From Octopus vulgaris (Eukaryota): a stretch of 64,000 bases of DNA. Both the position numbers and the translations under genes were made by a program. The stretch spans positions 36,642,001-36,706,000 of the forward strand of contig OX597822.1 of assembly GCA_951406725.2 (NCBI GenBank). Reading direction: 5' to 3'. Positions 14,366 through 26,749 of the stretch are shown piece by piece. The notes beneath the pieces were generated by a model, which saw only the letters and a program-made list of their open reading frames with translations, was not told where the DNA came from and searched no databases. Every line of letters starts with the position of its first letter. The stretch's first letter is position 1.

Positions 14366-14525
14366 CGACGGGCTTCTATCAGTTTCCATCTACCAAATAC
14401 ACTCACAAGGCTTTGGTCAGCCTGAGGTTATAGTAGAAGACACTTGCCCAAGGTGCCACGCAGTGGGACTGAACCCAGAACCATGTGGTTGGTAAGCAAG
14501 ATACCATACAGCCACTCCTGCACCT
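14112..14525 (-). mobile_element. tRNA-derived SINE, family A
   Basis: Head GGTGCAGGAGTGGCTGT, B box GGGTTCAGTCCC, 'accttgggcaagt' CORE-like block, internal (TA)/(TG) tract, 'gactgaaacaa.taaaaga' tail. Confidence 0.85.
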
Positions 14526-14553
14526 ATATATATATATGTTTATATATATATAT

Positions 14554-14597
<44 letters not shown>

Positions 14598-14644
14598 CGG
14601 AAATGTACTTGCATAGCGAGTGACTTGATCTGAGATCGTGTGCT

Positions 14645-15000
14645 GAAAGAAAAACAATTGCAGCATGTAAGATGTTTGTAAGCCATTTAAGAACACAAAA
14701 AACCGTTAGATTCACTTCAACATTTGAATTTGATTTGTGTCAAAATATTTTTGTCGCTTTAAAACCATGACCTGTTCACTAACAAAACTTTGTGCTGCAT
14801 CCCAGTGAACATTGTCAGTGAACAGGTCGCAGTTTCAATGTTCACTGAGATGCAGCATGAAGTTTTATCAGTGAACAGGTCACAATTTAAAAGCGACGAA
14901 AATATTTTGACTCAAATTAAATTCAAATGTTCAAGTGAATCTAACGGTTTTTTCTTAAATGGCTTACAAACATCTTCCACATGGCAGTTGTGTTTGTTTC
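14645..15000. repeat. Long inverted repeat (~165-bp arms) flanked by (TA)n
   Basis: 14645-14814 is an imperfect reverse complement of 14836-15000. Confidence 0.85.
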
Positions 15001-15036
15001 TATATAATGAGTACATATGTATGTATATATATTTTA

Positions 15037-15088
<52 letters not shown>

Positions 15089-15195
15089 ATATTATTAATA
15101 ATAGTAGGGAATATAAAATTCTAAACATACAGGGAAAAATTCAATTTAGTATTCTGAATCAAATTTCAGAATATATATAATATGTATATAATTAA

Positions 15196-15424
15196 GAGAA
15201 ATAACCTCTATTAAGTAATTCAATTGTTAGTGAAAGATATTATCTATATCAAATCATATAGAAAAAATTTTAAATATTATTCTAAAAATCACTAAATTAA
15301 ATAAACCTTATAGAATATTATATTTTTATTATAATATTTATTATAATAGTTAAAAAATTTTTCTATATGATTTAATATAGATAATATCTTTCACTATGAA
15401 TTGAATGACTTAAAAGAGGTTATT

Positions 15425-15428
<4 letters not shown>
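15196..15428. repeat. AT-rich inverted repeat (~90-bp arms) between (TA)n tracts
   Basis: 'gagaaataacctct..agtgaaagatattatctatat..aatcatatagaaaaaatttt' versus 'aaaatttttctatatgattt..atatagataatatctttcact..agaggttatttctc'. Confidence 0.8.
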
Positions 15429-15460
<32 letters not shown>

Positions 15461-15854
15461 GTACATACATATATTTTATATTTCTGAGATTAATGAAATG
15501 TTGTAGACATCTCTAATGAGAACAAATTAAGGTTCCAAAATCAATTAAGGCTGTTCTTTGTAGGTTTGCAAATATGTCATATACCTCAACACTATGTGGA
15601 CTGAGATCCTCTTTGGCAGGCCATTGATACTGAATAAGCGTTGAACACTTAGGGTATGCAGCTTAGTAGCCCCAGTTCTCTGTAGCTACTGGAATTCCTG
15701 AGTAGAGATTTGTGATGAGAATCCAATAAGGTTTGAAAATTAAGGTTGTTCATTTTTTCAGTCTACTGAGAAATAGTTAAATTTACCATGTCTACTAGGT
15801 ACATTTATACACACGCTCACATTCATATGTATGTATGTATGTATGTATCTATAT

Positions 15855-15996
15855 AGGTGCAGGAGTGGCTGTGTGGTAAGAATCTGGATTCAGTCCCACT
15901 GCATGGCACCTTGGACAAGTATCTTCTATAGCCTCTGGCCAATCAAAGCCTTGTGAGTGGATTTGTAGGTAGAAACTGATAGAAGCTTGTCATATG

Positions 15997-16059
<63 letters not shown>

Positions 16060-16495
16060 GTGTGTGTGTCTGCTTGTCCCCCCACCATCACTTGACAACT
16101 GACGGTGTGTTTATGTTCCTGTAACTTAGTAGTTCAGCAAAAACGACCAATAGAATAAGTTTGTTCCTTCTCGAGCCATGCCTGGCTCATAAGGGCTGGT
16201 TTCCTTGGCGTATAGGTTCCCCACCTGGATGAGACGCCAGTCCGTCGCAGGTGAGCTGCAAGATGTAGGAGGAAAGAGTCAGCAGAAGTTCACAATTACC
16301 TTCTGCCGGAGCCACGTGGAGCTTAGGTGTTTCGCTCATAAACACACATTGCCCGGTCTGAGATTCAAACCCGCAATCCCTCGAAATAGAATAAGTACTA
16401 GGTTTACAAAGAATAAGTCCTGGGGTTGATTTGTTTGACTAAAAATGGTGCTCCAGCATGGCTGCAATCAAAAAACTGAAACAAGTAAAAGAATA
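15855..16495 (+). mobile_element. SINE family A interrupted by a second SINE
   Basis: Family A head and tail; the host sequence resumes after the insertion at 16161-16384. Confidence 0.8.
16161..16384 (-). mobile_element. 5'-truncated tRNA-type SINE nested in SINE A, with 12-bp TSD
   Basis: TSD AATAGAATAAGT at 16149-16160 and 16385-16396; B-box-like GGGTTTGAATCT on the minus strand. Confidence 0.8.
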
Positions 16496-16502
16496 TATAT
16501 GT

Positions 16503-19000
16503 TATCATCATCGTTTAATCTCTGTTTTCTTTGGTGGCATGGGTTGGACAGTTTGACGGGATCTGGTGATCTGTAGGAGTGCATCAGGCTCCAATGTTAG
16601 CTTTGGCTTGGTTTCTACAGCTTGATGCCCTTCATAATACCAACCAGTTTACAATGTGTAAGGGAGGAAGATTAGAGAGATAGAAGTATCTTAGGAATGA
16701 AGATAAATAAGAAAGTAGGGAGATGTACAATGAGAGAGATGGAGGTCAGAGGTACGTGAGGGTGGCTAATTTTAGTGGTACATGATGAGAGGGAGTTAAG
16801 AAAGATAGCAGATATGGGAGGTATCAAAGAAGTATGGTAGAAGAAGATGTAGCCTAGGGCAGAGGGAGAGATAATTGATGGCACAAAAAAGGGGGTATTC
16901 AGTGAAAGTAGGCAAGAAGGGATGGATATTAATAGGAAATGGTTCCAGGAGAGGTGAAAATAACTGATAATACAAAAAATGGTAGGGTGAAATATGTACC
17001 AATTCTGCTCTTAAGTGATTATAGCAGCCAAGTTCTACCATAGAAGAGGGATGGATGCCAGGAGGGGGAGATGTTGAGGAATGCTTAGTGGGAGAGAATG
17101 GATGCAGAGGCAGGGCCTAACATGTAAGGCATAAAGAAAATGCTTTTAGAACCTCATTTTCACTGTGATAGATGGGTTTTTTGAACACAAAAAATTCATC
17201 ATCTTAAACCTTTGCTATCTCCTTGAGGTTCAACATCTTGAGATCAGTTATTACTACTTTATCCCATGTCTTCCTGGGACTCCCCATTTTTCAAGTCTCA
17301 TCCACTTTAAGTGCTAGGCACTTCTTTGAGTAGTTCGCCTTATCCATACACCTCACCTAACCAAACCAGCACAATCTTCTCTTTTGTTTGCTACATCTGA
17401 TTCTTATGCCCAATTTTTCTCTCCATGCACTTTCTTGCACATGCAAAGGAATATACTAAATTCATTCCTCTCTGGTCTTTCATGTCCTCTGCATTCAAGG
17501 ACCATTTCTTACTACAGTGTAGCAATACTGATCATATGCAGCCTCATAATCTGCCTTTCATTCAGAGAGAGAGAGAGAGACTGATTTTTCATTTCCAACA
17601 GAAATAATAGATCTCTGAACTTTCTCTGTTCCATTTTTATTCTAGCAACTATACTTTCAGAACATCCTCCTCCACTGCTAAATAGGTTCCTCATGTAACT
17701 GAAACTATATAATACCACTAGGGAGACCTCCAGATCATTTGAGAAAATCTGTTTTCCTTATGTTCTTAGTGTTTATTGCTCCTGCACATCTCCCACATAC
17801 AAACACAACTTTCTGTGCTTCTACTGTACCACCTGTGTCTACACAGCTTTCACTGAGTACACCATATGGAATTTCTGCTGACTCCTACATTAACTGATGG
17901 GTGTAGGGCCCTGTCTGTTTTCCTGTTTGCTAGAACTTTGATCTTTGCTAAGTTTACTTTAAGGCCCTTTGATTCTAGATTTTGCTTCCAGGGTTGGAAT
18001 TCCTTTTCTAATATTACAGATTTTGCTATGAGAATAAAGTCCTCTGCCTATTGTAGTTCACAAGGGCAGCCAATTCTTTGTAACATCCCTCTGTTATGTG
18101 TAGGACAATGATGAATAAAAGGGTACTGAACCAAGCCCTGGGGAACTCTTTTCTGTACTCTAAATTCATCACTTGTCTCTTTGCTAAGTTTCATCTTACT
18201 AATAGTATCTGGGTACTTAGTTTGTATGGCTTTCACAAATATTCATCCAAAGACTACCACATCACAGAGTGAAAAACTCTATTGAAGTCTTTCTCCAGGT
18301 CAATGAATGCCAAATACAATTGTTTACATTTAGTAAGTACTTTTGCATTTGTCTTATTAAGAAGATGGCATCAGTAGTATTTCTCTTTGGCACAAAACTA
18401 AACTACATTTAATCTAACCTAATTTTGTTCCTAATTAATTGGACTATAACTCTAACTTTTATGACCTAGTCCAGCAATCTGACATTTTGTAATTATTTGT
18501 AAGGTATCTCCTTTAACTTTGTAACAGCTGACTATGATACTGCTATACTAGTAATTGTATTTTTCTGTACAACCTGATTAACTATTCACACCTGTATTAC
18601 TTTGTCTATGAAACTGCTGTCATCTAGAATAGCTTATCACTCTACTAGGTCCACATTGGGAATACCCTCTTTTTCCTAACCATTATCCATAACTGTTTAT
18701 AGTTAGCACTTTCATGCTTCTTTCTTTTCAGTGTCACCAAGTACAAGTGTACCATTATCCATTTGTACACTTCTCATCTACAACTACTTTGTTTTTTCAG
18801 ATACACTGTCTTGGAGTCTGGAACATCTCACACCTCTGATCCCCACACTGTAGAACATGGGAAAATCTCCTTTCCTGCTTCTCCACTCCTATGTAAACTT
18901 GTCACCTAGCTTGTCTTCTATGTAAACTTGTCACCTAGCTGCCTCCATTTTTCCAGTGTTCCCTAACCTTTGCTTTTATAGTTCTGTCAATCTCATTGTT
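16503..19000 (-). mobile_element. Degenerate RTE-clade LINE (RT domain to 3' tail)
   Basis: Minus-strand remnants LYLAFIDLEK, FRVQKRVPQG (GVxQG motif) and CELQ*AEDFILI (LLYADD motif); 3'UTR and GAT tail at 16503-16660; many stops and frameshifts. Confidence 0.75.
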
Positions 19001-19257
19001 CCACCATCAATTCAGCCTTGGTCTGGCTGCAACTTTCACCAGTCACAGATTTGGGTTGTAACCCTTGGTAGGTTGTCCCATCTCTCTCTCTCTCTCTCAC
19101 ATATGCTACTATCAGTATCCTCATCCAAAATAGAGATGAGTACCAATATTTCCATGTGGTATGCTTGGACAATTGTGAAGATCTCTCCACATAAAACCAT
19201 TGCTTGCCTTGTTAACCCACAAATAAAGTGTATATATATATATATATATGTCACCTT

Positions 19258-19655
19258 ACTCGCACTCGAGCCCCGTGCTAGTAGGGTGTTAAGAGCACCA
19301 TCCAAGCGTGATCGTTGCTAAAGTAGCTAACTGGCCTCCGTGCCGGTGGCACGTAAAAGGCACCATTCAAGCGTGATCATTACCAGCATTGCCTTACTGG
19401 CACCTGTGCCAGTGGCATGTGTAAAAGATTTGAGCGAGGTCGTTGCCAGTACCGCCTGACTGGCCCCGTGCTGGTGGCATGTAAAAGCACCCGCTACACT
19501 CTCAGAGTGGTTGGCGTTAGGAAGGGCATCCAGCTGTAGAAACTCTGCCAGATCAAGATTGAAGCTTGGTGCAGCCATCTGGTTTGCCAGCCCTCAGTCA
19601 AATCGTCCAACCCATGCTAGCATGGAAAGCAGACGTTAAACGATGATGATGATGA
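19258..19655 (+). mobile_element. RTE-like LINE 3' end with ~60-bp internal repeats and (GAT)n tail
   Basis: Homologous to 1-530, 22278-22660 and 40832-41372. Confidence 0.8.
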
Positions 19656-19847
19656 TATATATATATATACATATATGTATGTATGTATGTATATTGATAT
19701 GTAATTATAAGATCCAAGTATCTAAGTGCAGGAGGTTTATAAGCTTCAAGCAGCCCATAGTAAGTCCTCAATTTGGATTTATATATATGTATATACACAT
19801 GTGGTATGAAGTTCAGCAAGTAACATAACAGTCAGTCAAGAGCGTGA

Positions 19848-20127
19848 AAATAAAAATTGCACAAAAAGCATGTGAAATTCAGTGCCCTACAGCTTTCTTG
19901 CCAGAATATTAAATCTATTTCGCCATTTCACAAGCTGGTAATGTCAATATGATGGATTAGCAACTCGGTATGAGTTAATTGATGTTTAAACATCATTCAA
20001 CTCCCACGGAGTTGCTAACCTACCATGTTGACATTACCAGCTTGAGAAATGGCAAAATAAAGTTAATATTCTAGTCAGGAAAATGTGGGGGAGCTAAATT
20101 TCGCTTAGCTTATGAGCAGTTTTTATT
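19848..20127. repeat. ~280-bp palindrome (foldback/MITE-like)
   Basis: Centred on TGATGTTTAAACATCA (about 19987). 'gccatttcacaagctggtaatgtcaa' pairs with 'ttgacattaccagcttgagaaatggc'. Confidence 0.85.
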
Positions 20128-20199
20128 AACGATGCGTGTGTGTGTGCAAGCATGTGCGTGTTTGAGTATATGTATGTATATATATATAAAGTTAATCCA

Positions 20200-20610
20200 A
20201 GGCGCAGGAGTGGCTGTGTGGTAAGTAGCTTGCTTACCAACTACATGATTCCGGGTTCAGTCCCACTGTGTGACACCTTGGATGAGTGTCTTCTACTATA
20301 CCCTCGGGCCGACCAAAGCCTTGTGAGTGGATTTAGTAGATGGAAACTGAAAGAAGCCCATCGTATATATGTATATATATATGTATGCATGTGTATATGT
20401 TTGTGTGTCTGTGTTTGTCCCCCCCCAAATCACTTGATAACCGATGCTGATGTGTTTACGTCCTCGTAACTTAGCGGTTCGGCAAGAGCGACCGATAGAA
20501 TAAGTACTAGGCTTACAAAGAATAAGTCCTGGGGTCGATTTGCTCAACTAAAGGCAGTGCTCCAGCATGGCCACAGTCAAATGACTGAAACAAGTAAAAG
20601 AGTAAAAGAA
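20200..20610 (+). mobile_element. tRNA-derived SINE, family A (full length)
   Basis: A box TGGCTGTGTGG, B box GGGTTCAGTCCC, tail (gtaaaaga)n. Confidence 0.9.
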
Positions 20611-20880
20611 TATATATGTATATATATATAGCTATCTATGAATGATATATATATATATAGAGAGAGATAGATATGTTTGTGTGTATCTATATCTATGAAT
20701 GTTTGTATGCCAAATATATATTATGTATATTAATATGTTTACAAATATATTTTATTTACACACACACACATATATGAAGTTTTAATATTTGTTTAAAGAT
20801 ACATCTTGTGGGTGTTCTGGGAAATAATAAAATATATATTCATATATATTTTTATATGCTGCATACATACACACACACAT

Positions 20881-20945
<65 letters not shown>

Positions 20946-21643
20946 TGTTATATGGATATATATATAAATTCACATTACATTATTATATAATATATAAGGC
21001 GAATAGACATGTGGTGACAAAGTGAATGTGGTTAGTAGTTGCAAGAGTATGGAGTGGGTGAGGGACTAAATATGATGAGGAACAAGAGTTTAGGTGTGGT
21101 TGATGATAAATATATGGAGGGATGTGTAGGCGATGATTAGATATTTGTAGGATGTAGGGGAGGAAGTAGTGAATAGTGGACAAGTGTGTGGGGGTGATTG
21201 ATAATGAGTATGTTATGTGGGGGAACATATAGAGATGAGGTGATGATTGATGGTACAAAAGTAGGTGAAGAGTAGCAGAATGGTAATAATGATGCAATAG
21301 ACAAGGAAAGGATGAAGGAGATGACTTGTGCTTGTGTAGGTTGCATGAGAGTTGGGGAGAGGCAGAGTGAAAGATATATGGTGGTCAAGAAGAAAAAATG
21401 ATTTGGTTGTACAGAAGAAGTAAGATCAGTGTAAAATGTGAGTGGAGAGGGATAATATTAAGAATTATGAATGGATAGCATGCGAAGTGGTTCCAGCAAG
21501 TGAGAAATGTAAGTGACATCACAGAGGAGGAGGAGGATGAATTTTCTCTCATTTAATTACTATGAAGTTAATGGAGAGGTCAGGGATAGAAGGAGATGAT
21601 GGATGGTGAGAAAGGCTTGAGGAAATTGGTCAAGGTGCACAGT

Positions 21644-21709
<66 letters not shown>

Positions 21710-21713
21710 TGAT

Positions 21714-21977
21714 ATAGGGTAAAGAATTATTAATTTGATAATTAATAAATTTTACCAAGTAGTTTCGGTATAGAAAAAACCATTATTAGTAAAAACTTAT
21801 GCAAAAAGTTTTTTTATATATAATTATAAATATAATTAAGGGTTTAGCAACAAGTTGCTTCAACACATACCGAAAATTTAGAAATAGCAGCCAAATTAGC
21901 TGTCTTTGGCTGCTATTTCTAAATTTTCAGTATGTGGTGAAGCAACTTGTTGCTAAACCCTTAATTATATTTATAAT
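21714..21977. mobile_element. (TA)n-embedded element with a ~73-bp-arm hairpin (21822-21977), related to 61882-62410
   Basis: Arms 'aattataaatataattaagggtttagcaacaagttgcttc..ttagaaatagcagccaaa' and its reverse complement, with a 9-nt loop. Shares 'ttagaaatagcagccaaa' and 'agggtaaa..accaagta' with the 62-kb element. Confidence 0.75.
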
Positions 21978-21986
21978 TTATATATA

Positions 21987-23600
21987 CAGGATGTTCCCAA
22001 AAATGTATATACACATTGAATTATTAAAGTCAGCGTTTGTTAAACTAGATTTCATTTTCAAAATTTAATTGAATCTACAGACAGAATTCAATTAATTTTT
22101 TATGAACATCACTTTTAAAACTGATGACTGCTGTTGTACAGGCACCACTGATAAAGCAAAACAATGGAATTGCAAACATCAAGAAACATTACATTCTGTA
22201 TTTGTGCATATTCTCATTCAGTAGCTGGCTTCAATTAGTCAACTCTTGCTGATTTTTTACTGTAATCTTTATCTTTTAAATTGAAATCAAATTCGATGAC
22301 TGGTATCCATGCTAGTGGAGCACTAAGAGTACCATTCAAGCGTGAACATTGCCTGAGCGGCTAACTGGCTTCCGTGCTGGTGGCATGTAAAGAGCCCCAT
22401 TTGAGCATGATCATTACCAGCGTCGCCTTACTGGCACATGAAAATACAATCGAGCGAGGTCATTTCCAGTGCCACTTGACTGGCTCCTGTGCAGGTAGAA
22501 TGTAAAAGCACCCACTACACTCTCGGAGTGGTTGGCGTTAGGAAGGGCATCCAGCTGTAGAAACTGCCAGATCAAGATTGGAGCCTGGTTCGCCAGTCCT
22601 CTGTCAAATCGTCCAACCCATGCTAGCATGGAAAGCGGATGTTAAATGATGATGATGATCTTCATAAAAAAAAAAAAAGGTACTGTAAACATGGACAGTA
22701 TTCTACTGAACCTCATCATCCAGTCCACCTGTTTGGCAAAATCTCATCAAAGTAGACTTCTCACTACTATGGTCGTGAGAAGCACCCAATATTCCATCTT
22801 CAAAGTCCTCTTAAATGCTTGGCATGACAGGTTGTCACAATCAGTTCAAATAAGTAGGATTAGTCATAGTACTTAAAAAAAATAATAAAATGTTCAGTTG
22901 TCTTGCACCTTACTTTGACTTCTGGTAAATTAACATGTAGTTCCTCCATAATATGCAGATTCTTAGGTCCCTAGTAGGTGCAGCTGAGGTGGTTAATTGA
23001 GCCACTTAATTTAAATGTAGCCTCATCACTCCAGACTCACTTTGTTGGAAAGTGTGCATCTTCTTCACATCCTGCCAAGTATTGCTTGCAAAATTCCATT
23101 TTATGGTCTAGATCATCTTCATTGAGAGCATGGATTATTCTTAGAATGTAACTTTTCCAAAGACAGTGCTTTAAAATGTGATGTACACTTAATTTTGAAA
23201 TTCCTGTCTCACAACTCACAGGCTGCACAGATTTTCTTGAACACTTGCAAAACTCTTGTAATACAATTCCAGTCTACTCTTTCTTGCTTTGTGAGGCTCA
23301 TCAGTGTCCAAAGTCTCCCAGAATATTTCTTGTAGACATTCTAAACAATTCTGTCTGCTTCAGATATATTTCTAATTCAAGAGGTGGTAAGTCACGTAAG
23401 TAGATGTGTTTGAAACTCTCTCCTAAACTGCCTTTGCACTTCAGTTGTGTTTTCAAACTTCCAGTAGCTCTTCAGGAGAAATTTCCTTTGTTCAAAACTT
23501 AATCTGGCTCTCTTCATTATTTATAATAGTTTGAATCTAAAAAGCAATGAAGACTGAGGTAACAGCTGTTAAAGTGTGTATACATTTTTGGAACACCCTG
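21987..23600 (-). mobile_element. Degenerate Tc1/mariner-superfamily transposon, rosa/DD41D-like
   Basis: TIRs CAGGATGTTCCCAAAAATGTATA / CAGGGTGTTCCAAAAATGTATA. Minus-strand remnants MKRARLSFEQRKFLLKSYWKFENTTEVQRQFRREF, HALNEDDLDHKMEFC and WSDEATFKLSG. Catalytic spacing is not readable. Confidence 0.75.
22278..22660 (+). mobile_element. RTE-like LINE 3' end nested in the DNA transposon
   Basis: Shared 3'UTR and (GAT)n tail. Confidence 0.8.
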
Positions 23601-23639
23601 TCTTTGTGAATACATACATACGTAAATATATGACGGACT

Positions 23640-23925
23640 CTCCCATTGAATATGACGTATGAACATTCAACTTTTGCCAGACAACCTGCACAAATGATTT
23701 GTTTTTATAGTGATCAGATGTTCATGCGACAATTAGCTCACTTTTTCCATCAAATTGTCATTGAACAGGTGTATGATTTACTATACATCAGGTGTCGAAG
23801 TGATTGTAGAGCAACATGAGACGAAGTGTTTTGCTCAAGTACACAATGTACCACCTGATATAAGAATTGAAACCACAATTACTAGATCGTAAGTGTAACA
23901 CCTAACCACTAGTCTATGCGCCTTC
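23640..23925 (-). mobile_element. tRNA-derived SINE (family E-like), diverged
   Basis: Minus-strand head GAAGGCGCATAGACTAGTGGTTAGG..GGTTTCAATTC, similar to 62538-62690. Confidence 0.6.
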
Positions 23926-24043
23926 GTTTGTGTGTATATATATATAAAGGGAAAGTTTACAAAAATAAACAAAAGACAAAGGCAGGTGGAGTACAAACAA
24001 ACAAATGTATTAGTATAGCACTCAGGAACAGAAATAGAAAAAG

Positions 24044-24081
24044 TCTTTTACGTTTCAAGCCTATGCTCTTCGACAGAAAGA
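24044..24081 (-). ncRNA. Minimal type-I hammerhead ribozyme motif inside a short non-coding element (about 23945-24125)
   Basis: UCUUU-CUGUCGA-A-GAGC(AUAG)GCUU-GAAACGUA-AAAGA: stem I UCUUU/AAAGA, core variant CUGUCGA, stem II, GAAA, palindromic ACGU stem III, GUA cleavage triplet. Confidence 0.65.
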
Positions 24082-24811
24082 TACACAGAAAAAAATGCGT
24101 GTAGGAGCTAATGATCTATCATATGAACACATACATATACACAATGTTTCCAGAATCTCAGTATTACCAAAATGGGTGGGTCATCTTAAGCACTGCATAT
24201 GTCGAGTCATCTTGGGCCTTTGTCATCTCCTCCATGAATTTCAAAGTCATCAGATCAGCCTTCACTATTTCATCCGATGTCTTCCTGGTTCTCTCTCTTC
24301 TACAAGTTCCATTTCACCTTAAGTAACCATCACTTCTCTCTACGTCTTTCCTCATCCATACTCATTACTTGTCCTTACCAATGGACACTATATCTGATTC
24401 CTCTTATGCCCGATTTTTCTCTTAACACATTTGTACTTTGTTATTCATGCACACATGTCACACCACATGGAACATTCTAGCTTTGTTTTCCCACAGCCTT
24501 TGCAATTACTCTTTATTCATGGACCATGTTGCATTGCAGTTCACACATTATACAATCTACCTTTCAGTCTGAGATAAAAACCTTACTCCAGCCACCTTCT
24601 TATTCTAGCAGCTATAATTTCAGAACATCCTTCTCCACTGCTAATTAGATCATTTACATAACCATATATAGACATATATATTGTTGATTTATAAACTTTT
24701 AAAAATATGTGAGATAATTGTTTTTGGACCCCCATATTTATATGCTGTTATTTATAGCTTTATGTGCTTCAAAATCCACTGTTCCAAATAAAAATTATAT
24801 ATATATATATA

Positions 24812-25006
24812 TGGGTGCAGGAGTGGCTGTGTGGTAAGAAGCTTGCTCACCAACCATATGGTTCCGGGTTCAGTTCCACTGTGTGGCACCTTGGGCAAGT
24901 GTCTTCTACTATAGCTTCGGGCAGACCAAAGCCTTGTGAGTGGATTTCGTAGGTGGAAACTTAAAGAAGCCTGTTGTGTGTATATATATATATATTTGTA
25001 TATATA

Positions 25007-25047
<41 letters not shown>

Positions 25048-25250
25048 GTGTGTGTTTGTGTTTGTACCCCCACCGTCGTTTGACACCAATGTTGATGTGT
25101 TTATGTCACTGTAACTTAGTAGTTCAGCAAAAGAGACCAATAGAATAAGTACTAGGCTTACAATGAATAAGTCCTGAGATCGATTTGTTTGACTAAAGGT
25201 GGTGCTCCAGAATGGCTGCAGTCAAATGACAGTAACATGAATAAAAGGAA
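24812..25250 (+). mobile_element. SINE family A
   Basis: Homologous to 20200-20610. Confidence 0.85.
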
Positions 25251-25256
25251 TATATA

Positions 25257-26516
25257 CAGGTGTTGGACAAAATAATGGAAACACCTTAAAATTTCTAACA
25301 AATTCATTTTAATATGGAGTAAGACCACCTTTGGCAGTAATTACAGCTTGAATTCTACATGGTATGGACCTGTACAAAGTTTGAATTATTTCCAAAAGAA
25401 TTTTTGTCCATTCTTCAGCTAAAAGTCTCCAGGTCTTGTAGTGATAATGGTGGAGGATATCAACTTCTTACTTGTTTTTCTAAAATACACCATAAATGTT
25501 CAATAATATTGAGATCTGGGGTCTGTGGTGGCCAGATAAGATGTTCAACTTCACTAGAATGTTCCTCGTGTCATTCAGTAACAACTTTAGCTGTGTGAAT
25601 TGGTGCATTATCATCCTGAAAGAGTGTGTTTCCCTTCAGAAACAGTTCTGCAACCATAAGATGAATTTGTTCAGATAAAATGCTTAAATAGTCTTGACTA
25701 TTAATTCTGCCATGAAAGGAAACAAATTGGGCCAGCAGATTTCCAAGATATAGCCCCCCAGATCATCACAGATCCTCCTCCATATTTAAAAGTTAGAAGA
25801 AGACAGTCTGGGTTAAATGCTTCTTTTGGCTGTCTCCACACGTGTACTCTGCTGGTGATTGGAAATAGGGCAAAAGATGACTCGTCCAAGAAAATAACAT
25901 TCTTCCACTGCTCTAAGAACCAGTTTTGTAGGTTTTTACTCTAAACACATTGCAACGTTTGTTTTTGAAAGTAGTGGTTTTCTGATTGCAGCCCTCCTGT
26001 GAAATCCAGCTTTGTGCAGCTCCCGGCAAACAGTTTTTGTGGAAACTGGGGCCTTGAGGTGATCATTAAGCTCTGCTGTAATTTTGGGAGCTGTACTTTC
26101 GTGATCCTTTCTAACAATTCGCATAAGAGTCCAACAGTCCCTATCTGAAAGTTTTGGTTTTCTTTGGGAGTTTTATTTTTCGACAAGGAGGTTTTTCCCT
26201 CTTTCTCAAAGGCTGTCATTACTTTCGATACTGTACTTCTTGATACACCAAACATTTCGGCTGTTTTCGTTATGCTATCGCCTGCCATATGAACACCAAC
26301 AATTTGACCTCTTTGAAAGTCTGATAGATCTGTCATTTTAATGAATTTCAATTACCTTTGTCTGATGATATCTGAAAAGAAACAGCAATTTTAGCAAAAC
26401 AGACTAAGCAACACTAATAATAAATCAAAAACATATAAGTAAACAAGGTTTTGATGGTTTTATAGATATTTCAAAATTATGATGCTAGGTGTTTCCATTA
26501 TTTTGTCCAATTCCTG
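25257..26516 (-). mobile_element. Full-length (1260 bp) Tc1-type transposon with DD36E spacing; transposase disrupted
   Basis: 30-bp TIRs CAGG(TG/AA)TTGGACAAAATAATGGAAACACCT with TA flanks. Transposase starts MTDLSDFQRGQIVG and contains DESSF, GGGSVMIWG and QDDNAP..PDLNIIE, with 36 residues between the D of DNAP and the E. Frameshifts and an in-frame stop. Confidence 0.92.
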
Positions 26517-26561
26517 TATATATAACACACACATAATATACATATAAAACAATTATAAAAT

Positions 26562-26706
26562 GAGTGGCTTGCTTATGAACCACATGGTTCCGGGTTCAGT
26601 CCCACTGCGTGGTACCTTAGGCAAGTGTCTTCTACTATAGCATCAGGCCGACCAAAGCCTTGTGAGTGGATTTGGTAGATGGAAACTGAAAGAAGCCCAT
26701 CGTATG

Positions 26707-26749
<43 letters not shown>

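Noticed and set aside
20200-20280. tRNA genes (also 62538-62610 and 48095-48180)
   Set aside because: A/B boxes continue into SINE bodies; no complete cloverleaf or terminator.
20990-21640. Purine-rich tract with minus-strand His/Pro/Leu ORFs
   Set aside because: Low-complexity strand-biased DNA similar to 16660-17150; no splice or homology support.
25941-26351. Functional transposase CDS (also 60758-61551)
   Set aside because: Frameshifts and in-frame stops; reported as mobile-element relics.
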